Source of the DNA: an uncultured Candidatus Binatia bacterium | GTDB lineage: Bacteria; Desulfobacterota; Binatia; Bin18 | Direction of reading: 5' to 3' | DNA: 14,617 bases | NCBI GenBank assembly: GCA_965214605.1 | Contig: CBDCCD010000003.1 | Location: forward strand, 1 to 14,617 | Shown: in pieces, positions 1-7,700 of the stretch | Numbering within the stretch: the first letter of the stretch is position 1 | How the letters are laid out: every line of letters begins with the position of its first letter | Notes under the pieces: generated by a model | Told to the model about the DNA's origin: nothing | Database searches by the model: none | What the model saw: the letters and a program-made list of their open reading frames with translations, nothing else | Made by a program: the position numbers and the translations under genes

Positions 1-615
1 CGGGTGTGGTGGCAAGAAGGCTAGGTCGCGTTGTGCGATCTCGTGTGGGCGGTGCTGCGGGTCAACCCGTGCTGCTCTCGTGCTCGGGTTTTATCTGCGG
101 AGCAAGGAGTAACCGTGGCCGTGTCGAGCCGGATGCTGAGCCCGGCGAATGATGATCATCGGTGCGGTGGTGCTGATCTTCCGCGAGCTACCTGCTCATC
201 AAAGCGGCCAGCGTCGTCTGATACGGTAGGCCCGGCATGACATTCTGGCAGATTGGCTGAACGCTGAGCGAAATTGGTGCCCTCGCTGACTACTCACACT
301 CGTGTGGGTACCCGTCGGTTTAGGTCTGGAAGGGTTCGTGGATATGCTGAGATGGGGATGAGTCACATCAACAATCTAGTGGAGCGCCATCCTCAGGAAT
401 GGCGCTCAAGCCGGAGAAGCCTTGTAGCGATGATCGAAAGGGGCTCCTTGATATGCAAGCTGCGTACGAGCGAGACGAACAGCACGATGAAGAACAAGAC
501 ATTGAGGTTCGGCCCTTCGTCCCGATTTTCTTGACCGTCTAGGCAAGCTGCCTGGAGCCGGGACTGGGCAGCGAATCAAACCGACGCCCGTACCCACCTC
601 TCCGTGCTTCTGCGG

Positions 616-669
616 AAGCTGGGTGCACTCGACCGGCAACGACCTCCTCTAGGTCGCCGTTCCCAGCTT
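616..669. other. Intergenic imperfect stem-loop
   Basis: AAGCTGGG 616-623 / CCCAGCTT 662-669 encloses CGACCT 640-645 / AGGTCG 651-656. Confidence 0.5.
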
Positions 670-904
670 ATGACAACGCACGGTAAAAGGGTCCCGATGG
701 TGTCGTAACCATCAAGGACAGGACTTCTATAGGCGCTAGAGTACCTTGCCTGGAAACCGATGAATCTTCCGCGCGTATCGCCGCTCCCAGCAGAAAATCA
801 ACGACAACTGGCCAACAAACCGGATGGTAGCCTTCAGGCAATCTTCAAGTTATAGATGCCGCAGACAGCGGCCTCGGTAGAGCAATGGTTTGAGATGCCC
901 GGAG

Positions 905-1289
905 GTTTATTCTGGGAGAAAGATTTTCATCTATTATGACTATTGTTTCATTTATTCTGGCTACTGTTTCACCTTAGTCTATTAATCGGGTCTAATTTTT
1001 CTGAATATTCACAATTACGAAAGAAAGTACTCCACGATGATTTCATTCCTTATCTTAACAGTGTTATTAATAAAGCAACAGAACGCAGTAATAACGAAAA
1101 CTTCATAGAAATTCAATGTTTTTCCACGGTATTGATTCCATTTTGGAAACTGTAGATGAAGTGGCCACATCGCTTTTACAACTCCCGGAAGAAGAGCAAG
1201 AAAAGCGTCTTATTCATCTCCTACAAGATTGCACCACGATGTTTGATGACACTGTTGACAAACCATTTTCCGGAAAACAAGGACAGTAA
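905..1289 (+). pseudogene. AT-rich degraded ORF, possibly a small membrane-anchored protein
   Basis: Visibly much more AT-rich than its flanks. Three protein-like segments in alternating frames: MTIVSFILATVS (936-), LSLLIGSNFSEYSQLRKKVLHDDFIPYLNSVINKATERSNNE (943 frame), and KLHRNSMFFHGIDSILETVDEVATSLLQLPEEEQEKRLIHLLQDC...QGQ* (TAA 1287-1289). Confidence 0.4.
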
Positions 1290-1316
1290 TTATGAGCAGT
1301 TTTAGAACGATACCTA

Positions 1317-1790
1317 GGCCGAAGTCTTTGGGGCGCGCAGATCAAGCTGGAGTTTCGTCGGACCGACTCTGACAGCTAGAGACCTCGCCGGCGCAGCGAC
1401 GCGTCTGAGACTGGCCAGGTCGTCATGCGAGAGCAGTTCTATGATTTCAATCAAAAAGCCCTGGACCTCTTGATTCCTTGGCCGTCCCACGACGCGAAAA
1501 CCCTCGCTGACCTTATCAGGGCACTCCAAAGTATGCCTGAAGAAGCGACTCAAGGTCTGGACCCTGTGATAGATGAACGGCCCCTCCAAGCCAACGATAC
1601 TGCCAAAGCCCCGCTGCGTGAGCGCATCCAGCGACACGCGCTCATCCCACGCGGCCGGCAGCCGAAGCTTGGGGGAGCAACCCGCGACCGAGTCTGCGAG
1701 AGGTAGATGGTCTTCAGCCCGATGATCTCGTCATCTGGCACGTTTGACTGTTTGCAGATCAACGGGTACGGGAATCGGGCCGGTGAGATT
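1317..1790 (+). pseudogene. Internal fragment of a large alpha-helical protein, degraded
   Basis: The frame of ORF 1425-1706 extends upstream through a TAG at 1377-1379 (GRSLWGAQ...DS*RPRRRSDASETGQVVMREQFYDFNQKALDLLIPWPSHDAKTLADL...). After a shift near 1700 it continues VDGLQPDDLVIWHV*LFADQRVRES. From memory it resembles the middle of large HigA-HTH-fused/NTPase proteins of defence islands; unverified. Confidence 0.5.
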
Positions 1791-1973
1791 GGGTGCGTGC
1801 CTTCGCCACAGTCAGGGCCGAACCGGCAGGATCCTACAAGGTTCACTGGTCCTCCATTTCCGACAGCAGGATTACGTGCCCCTCGCCCGGACGAGGTCGA
1901 TGCCTAGGTGGCAAAGACCAAGCTTGAGCAGCTCAAACAAGGTCCCATGGGGGTGAGTAGAAGAGGCAGGAAC

Positions 1974-3140
1974 ATGCTCATTCGAAGTATCAAACTGCAG
2001 AATTTTCTCTCTTTCGGCTCTGACACCAACACGCTGGACATGGGACCTCTAAATATCCTGATCGGCCCAAACGGCTCGGGTAAGTCCAACCTCATTGAAG
2101 CAATCGATTTGCTCCAGGCGGCGCCAAGGGATCTCACAGCGCCGATCCGCGAGGGGGGAGGGATTCACGAGTGGATTTGGCGCGGTGACCCCAAAGCGTC
2201 TTCCGCGCGCATTGACGTGATCGTGGAAAACCCGAAAGGTCCGCAGGCCTTGCGATACCGTCTAGGTTTCGCGGAGAAGGGCCAGCGATTTGACGTAACC
2301 GACGAACGGATAGAAAACGAACGGCCGGATGCAGGTCACAATCAACCCTACTTCTATTTTGCGTATCAGCATGGGGTTCCCTATCTCAACGTCAAAGAGA
2401 TCGGGCAGCGCAAGCTTCTACGTGAAGAGATCAACCCGGAGCAGTCCATCCTCTCACAGCGCAGGGATCCCGACCACTATCCCGAGCTGACTTACATTGG
2501 CGAAGTCTTCGGTCAAATGCGGTTGTACCGCGAGTGGAGCTTCGGGCGATACACCTTGCCGCGCCTACCTCAAAGGGCGGATCTGCCAAATGATTTCCTC
2601 GTCGAGGATGGCAAGAACCTGGGACTGGTCCTGAGCAGTCTGAAACGCGACCCGAAGGCAAAGGCCCAAATTCTCGAGGCCCTACGGAAGCTGTATGAAG
2701 GGGTGTCCGACTTCGACATCATTATCGAAGCTGGAACCGTCCAGGTTTTCCTCCAGGAAGATAATATCACCGTGGCGGCAAGACGACTGTCGGACGGGAC
2801 GCTGCGTTATCTCTGCCTGTTGGCGATCCTTTGTCACCCGAAGCCGCCACCACTGGTCTGCATCGAAGAACCTGAGCTCGGCCTACATCCTGACATCTTG
2901 CCGACACTCAGCGACCTTCTACGCGAGGCGTCGGAGCGATGCCAACTCGTGGTGACGACCCAGTCCGAGGTGTTGGTCGATGCGCTGACCGACACACCGG
3001 AAAGTGTGGTGGTGTGCGAGAAGCACCGTGGCCAGACCAATATGCGGCGTCTCGATAAGGCGGATCTTTCCGACTGGTTGCAGCGTTACAGCCTCGGAGA
3101 GTTGTGGCGCAAGGGCGAACTGGGGGGTAACCGCTGGTGA
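1974..3140 (+). CDS. ABC/SMC-like ATPase (AAA_21/AAA_15 type), 388 aa
   Basis: ATG at 1974 (MLIRSIKLQNFLSFG, a typical first beta-strand) follows AGAGGCAGG and is preferred to the GTG at 1908. Walker A GPNGSGKS, signature LSDGT, Walker B/D-loop VCIEEPELGLHP, H-loop region VVTTQS, and C-terminal YSLGELWRKGELGGNRW. Stop overlaps the next start (GTGA). Confidence 0.9.
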   Translation: MLIRSIKLQNFLSFGSDTNTLDMGPLNILIGPNGSGKSNLIEAIDLLQAAPRDLTAPIREGGGIHEWIWRGDPKASSARIDVIVENPKGPQALRYRLGFAEKGQRFDVTDERIENERPDAGHNQPYFYFAYQHGVPYLNVKEIGQRKLLREEINPEQSILSQRRDPDHYPELTYIGEVFGQMRLYREWSFGRYTLPRLPQRADLPNDFLVEDGKNLGLVLSSLKRDPKAKAQILEALRKLYEGVSDFDIIIEAGTVQVFLQEDNITVAARRLSDGTLRYLCLLAILCHPKPPPLVCIEEPELGLHPDILPTLSDLLREASERCQLVVTTQSEVLVDALTDTPESVVVCEKHRGQTNMRRLDKADLSDWLQRYSLGELWRKGELGGNRW

Positions 3141-3747
3141 ACGTCACAGTTTACGTGGAGGGTGGCGGAGACGTCAGTGCCGTGAGGACACGTTGCCGCG
3201 CAGGTTTCAGCGAGTTCTTCCGCAAGGCTGGACTCGACGGTCAAATGCCGAAGATTGTTGCTAGCGGAGGGCGGCATCAGGCATTTGGCGATTTCTGTAC
3301 CGCACTCAACAAGGCCGGTGCAGACGACTTTATCCTCCTGCTGGTAGACAGCGAGGCGCCGGTAGCGGTGGGAAACGGATCTTGAGCACACCTCAAAGAC
3401 CGGGACCGCTGGGAGCGTCCAGCGGCAACTACGGACGACAGCGCGCACCTTATGGTACGGTGCATGGAGGCGTGGTTTCTGGCCGACAAAGACACTTTAG
3501 GGTTGTTTTTCGGCGACGGATTCTATCGTGGTGCGTTGCCGGCTCGTAGCGACGTCGAAAACGTCACCAAAACCGAGGTGCTCAACGGACTCAAGGCCGC
3601 GACTCGGCGCTGCAAAAAAAGGGCGAATATGGCAAGGGTAGACATTCCTTCGATATCCTTGCCCAAATCGACCCCGTCAAGGTGACCGAGGCCTCGCTTC
3701 AGGCCAAGCGCCTGGTCGAAACCTTGATTCAGAAGATGGAGGCCTGA
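3137..3747 (+). pseudogene. DUF4276-like (TOPRIM-type) partner of the ATPase, disrupted
   Basis: Starts VTVYVEGGG, contains LLVDSE and MEAWFLAD. An in-frame TGA at 3383-3385 sits where a Trp is expected (GS*AHLKDRDRWERP), and the frame continues directly into ORF 3452. After the A7 run at 3614-3620 the -1 frame reads KGEYGKGRHSFDILAQIDPVKVTEASLQAKRLVETLIQKMEA* with TGA at 3745-3747. Confidence 0.82.
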
Positions 3748-3784
3748 AGCTGTGAAAACCCTCGCCACTGAACACAGATGCCAA

Positions 3785-3853
3785 CTCGAACGGACGACGG
3801 ACGTTGAAGCCTGTTGCGACATCGCCCAGGCTGGCGCTCGGGTTGCGTTCGAG
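3785..3853. other. Imperfect stem-loop of about 70 nt downstream of the DUF4276-like gene
   Basis: Nested inverted repeats share one axis (about 3819-3820): CTCGAACG 3785-3792 / CGTTCGAG 3846-3853, AGCCTG 3808-3813 / CAGGCT 3827-3832, and GCG/CGC around ACAT. Confidence 0.7.
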
Positions 3854-3867
3854 ACTCACGGTAGACC

Positions 3868-3978
3868 ATCACAAACCTAATAGCCACATGAACGGCGAGC
3901 AGCCCTGCGGGCCGCAGTCCTCGCAGTCTCCGGTCCGGCAATCACAAACCTAATAGCCACATGAACGGCGAGCAGCCC
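3868..3978. repeat. Exact 38-bp direct repeat, two copies (3868-3905 and 3941-3978), 35-bp spacer
   Basis: ATCACAAACCTAATAGCCACATGAACGGCGAGCAGCCC occurs twice. Both copies continue into TGCG, the second after five extra C. Confidence 0.95.
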
Positions 3979-4062
3979 CCCCCTGCGTAAGCGCTGGCGT
4001 GCACCTACACACCAGCCACCTCGGTAGTAAGCGCGTCGGCGCCCTCTTCGGCAGTCATACGA

Positions 4063-4663
4063 TTGAGCCCAGAAGCAAGAGCCTTGGGCGAAGATGCAAG
4101 CGCCGAACTGAAGAAAAAGGAATATCAGATCCAGGCCCTAAAAGACCGCCTTGTTAGTACGGGCGCGGGACGCGCCATTGCTGCCGACATAGACAAACTC
4201 AGAGATCTCGCATGCCGAAGCGCTCCGCCTACCCCGTTGGAGTGCCTCAATGTCGTTCAGAGTATACATGGCAACAAATGCTTGGCCCTTGAGAGAGCGC
4301 GGAAGAGCGCTACAAACATGAACTCCTTTCAAAAACAGCCGTCGCCTATTGGACAGGCGGATTCGTCTGGTGACGGAGTACCAGCTCGTTCTTATGAAAG
4401 ATGGAAATAGCAGGACCAAGAAGTGCCTCGGTAAAAATGAGTGCGCGGCGAAGGAAGCGGAAACTGTGGCTAGAGATAAGGCTCTACGACAAGTCAGGAC
4501 TTTTGACTACGAAGGCAAGGCAATATTCATGGAGTCGCCCCTCAAGATTGGGGTCGAGGATGACAAAACGAAAACCCTTCGCGTTCATTTCCGTTGGGTT
4601 AGCGAGAAGAAAAGGATCGTCATTGATTATCACGGACCACATCTGCCGCTAGCAAGCCACTAA
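4063..4663 (+). pseudogene. 5'-truncated, frameshifted gene; coiled coil followed by a possible RelE-like C-terminal domain
   Basis: ORFs 4063-4410 and 4349-4663 join by removing one A from the A5 run at 4331-4335 (..NSFQ-NSRRLLDRRIRLVTEY..). C-terminus LKIGVEDDKTKTLRVHFRWVSEKKRIVIDYHGPHLP has the R-x-x-F...IVI...HL pattern of RelE-like folds (inference). No good RBS or start, and an in-frame stop lies upstream at 3988-3990. Confidence 0.65.
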
Positions 4664-4757
4664 GGCGGTGTTGAATCCGCTACGGCTTGCCGATGAGCCT
4701 CGCCATATCGACGAGATTTTCAGACAGCCAAAACCCTTTTTTGCCTGCCGACAGCTC

Positions 4758-7700
4758 CTAGCTGCCTTGGCCTGCGGGTATCTCCTGACCCGTCCATGCC
4801 TTCTCAATAAGCTTTGCAAGTTCCATGATCTCCTCTTCGTTGGCAAACGGGACCTGGGCCAGAATGACCTTGCCTTCGCCGGATAACTTTGCCGCAAGGT
4901 GTCCGCGCCCAAGAAGCCGCTCGGCGCCCGGCTCATCAAGGACCAGGATGGAGTTCCTCTTGTCGGCCACTTTAAGGAGGAGTCTATTGCCCAAATTTGC
5001 CCGGAGTTGCATGGGCAGAGCATCCCTGTCGGGCCGCTGTGTGACAACGACGAGATTGATGCCGGATGCACGCGCTTTGACACCCAGGCGGTTTACATTC
5101 AATTCGACGGCGTCGCGATAATCGTCGTTCATCATCCAGTCCGCCAGTTCGTCGTGGAACAGCCAGATCCGCGCTAAACGGTCCGCCGGTGCGACTCTTT
5201 GATTGTAGCGGGACAGATTGGTGACCCCGACTTCCGCGAGCAACCTGTTCCGACGTTCCATTTCCTCGACAAGGGCTTCCAGTACACCGATCGCCGCCTT
5301 ACGGTCCGTTATGAGGTCCCCATTGAGATGCGGCATCCGCCGTAACCACGGAAAATCAATGCCAGCTTTTGGATCAATCATCTCAATGCGTGCGGAGGAC
5401 GGTGCGTTGGTCGCACAGATATCAAGCAGCAGGCACTGAACAAGAACGCCTTTGCCGCTCCCTGTCTCGCCAGCGATGAGTGTATGCGGCCCGTGCGGCT
5501 GTTGTCCGCCAAAACTGCCCCCGACGTTGAGGTACAGCAGCTCGCCGTTGGACTCGCGAGCGCCCAGCAGCAGGCTCGTATTCGTCCGCGGTGCGCTTAC
5601 CGGCAGAGCGCGTTGTCGCCAGAGATCGCGCAGGCGCAATATCGTCCGACTAGGCCGCGCGACCATGATGACTACCTCCATTGGCGCGGCCAGGACGTTG
5701 ATGACCTCAACGGCGTGGGAAGTCAACAATTCCTGGCGCCGCTTCTCAACTTTCGGCACGGTGAGAGCGTCTGACCCACGAAAGCGCACGAGCGCCGCGT
5801 TCGGCGTCAATCGGACACCGACCAACTCGGCCGTCATCTCGTATCCGCGCAATGCACGCTGCAGCGCTTTGACGGTTGTATCAAGCCACGCCTTGGCTTC
5901 CTCATCCTCTTCTTCGGAAATCCGCCCGGCATTGACCCAGGCTGCGAGTTCGCCCGACGGCCACTTCTCGCTATAGTCCGCGGCCACGTTCTGATGACTG
6001 TTCGCGAGCTCCGTTGCGGCGGGCGCGTTCGTCGAGGCCGATAGGAGCGTCGAGGAGGTAGGCTGTTCTCCAATCTCACGGCGGTCGGCGGCGACCGACT
6101 CTGCTGGATTCGGATTATGGGTGGACACGACGGGTGCGGGTTCCGACGGAGCGCCACCTTCCACCAGCCGCGTCCTTGTGGTCGGCGTTGCTGAGCCGCC
6201 GCTCCTTGAGGATACGAGGGGATCGCCCCATCCCGCCGCGTCGTCTGAGGATTGTCCACGCCGTGCGCGCCGGGCCGCGAACGAACGGCACGCATCGGTC
6301 ACACCCTGTTTGTCAAAGACCTGCTGAGAACAATGTGGCATCCCCTTGAGTGGCCTCGAGTCATCCGCATCCACGGCTTCATCATCATCGTGTACAAACA
6401 CGTGAGAGAACCCGCTTAGTTCAATACGCACCTTGTTCTGCCGTACCTCATCGGACCATCCGTACAGATCCCAGCCATTCAGCTTTGACGAGTCGAAAGG
6501 CTCCACTCCTTCAAGCATGAAATCGCCGAGGCGATGAAGCCAGATCTCTCGGTCGATTCGTTTGTGGAGCGGGTCGAGGGCACGCCTGATCCGCTCCACG
6601 GTTTCGTGAAGCTGTTTTGCAGACTTCTTGGCCTGCGCCCGGTACCCCTTTGAGGCAACGAATTTTGCTTCCGAGATGGCAATCCTGAGGACGGGCTCTC
6701 CGTCCTCGACCCGCGGCGCGAGCGCCATGATGTCAGCGATCTGTTCTTCGCGTTGTCCAAACCACGAGGCGAAGTCGTCCAGAAAGTACCATCCAAGAGG
6801 AAAATCCACTCCCCCGAGCTCTTGGCGGATTTTTTCCATCGAAAGCACGATGCCAAGAAGTTCATTCGCGTAGCGTCCGTAGCGCGCCGCGCGCATGACC
6901 ACCTGCCCGGATAAGGTATTGGCTTGGTCGATCAATCCGTCGATCACGTCATCGCCCTTCACGATCGCCGGGTCGAGTCGTTCCAGCCGTTCACGCAGGA
7001 GAACCCGCAGCAAGCGTGGCTTTGATGTCGTTGAGACGACAATGTTGCGCTCAATCCGCCGGTCAGGCATATGACGGACCACCCGCACGCCGTTGTTTGC
7101 GAGCAGCCGCCGGTCAACGAGTTCGTCGAAATTGACAACCCACTCCCCCATCCGGTGCGTCCGGCTGAATACGTCCGCGCTGTCGGTGCCGCGAAACTTC
7201 ACCTCGCGGGCTGGTATCACGTCTCCGGCGCTCGCATTATCTCCATCAAGGAACCCGTGCACGGCGTTGAGATAGAGCTGGCCGACCCGCGGCTGGGCCG
7301 GGCAGGCCAGGTAGACGGAGGTCGCCGTGTCCGCCGGCCCTATCGGTCGTCGCCGCGACCATCGTGCGGGAACGTGATCCGCGAGGTCGGGATGGCGGTG
7401 TCCCGGTGCCGGCTTCCAAACCAGCTTGGCGTTGCGCGCGACAACATCCTGCAGAGCGACCAGGTCGGCAGCCCGGCCGTTCTCATCGGCGGAGAGATCC
7501 GCTGCCTCGCAAAACCCGACGCGAAGACGTGACAGGAAGTTTGGTGCCGATTCGCTGGCCATCAACGACCCGGACTCGTTACTCACAGTGACGTTCTGTT
7601 GTTCGTAGATACGCCGAAGTCGTTTCGGGTCTGAATGCGTCAGCAGCAAATCGCACTGGAGTTCGTTTTCCTGCTCAACCTTACTCGAGAGCTCGGATGC

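Noticed and set aside
31-639. Short ORFs 31-240, 274-534 and 406-639 as real genes
   Set aside because: No recognisable motifs. An AAGGAG-GTG at 104-116 and a hydrophobic stretch (MMIIGAVVLIF) hint at a decayed small gene, but no consistent frame can be supported.
1908-1973. N-terminal 22-aa extension of the ATPase from GTG 1908
   Set aside because: The family-typical start is MLIRSIKLQNF at ATG 1974, which has its own purine-rich RBS.
3383-3385. TGA recoding (alternative genetic code or selenocysteine)
   Set aside because: TGA is the normal stop of three long genes here, Trp is encoded by TGG nearby, and the same gene has a second lesion.
3611-3625. Programmed -1 frameshift at AAAAAAAG
   Set aside because: The zero-frame codons are AAA AAA AGG, not the canonical A_AAA_AAG phase, and the upstream nonsense codon would prevent ribosomes reaching it.
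3868-3978. Minimal CRISPR array (38-bp repeat, 35-bp spacer)
   Set aside because: Only two copies, no cas genes or AT-rich leader, no typical repeat terminus, and the spacer base-pairs with the repeat, which is unlike CRISPR. Kept as a repeat/attC-like finding.
4654-4750. Bidirectional terminator between the convergent genes
   Set aside because: Only weak stems (GCGG/CCGC, CAGCCAAAA/TTTTTGCCTG) without a properly placed U-tract.
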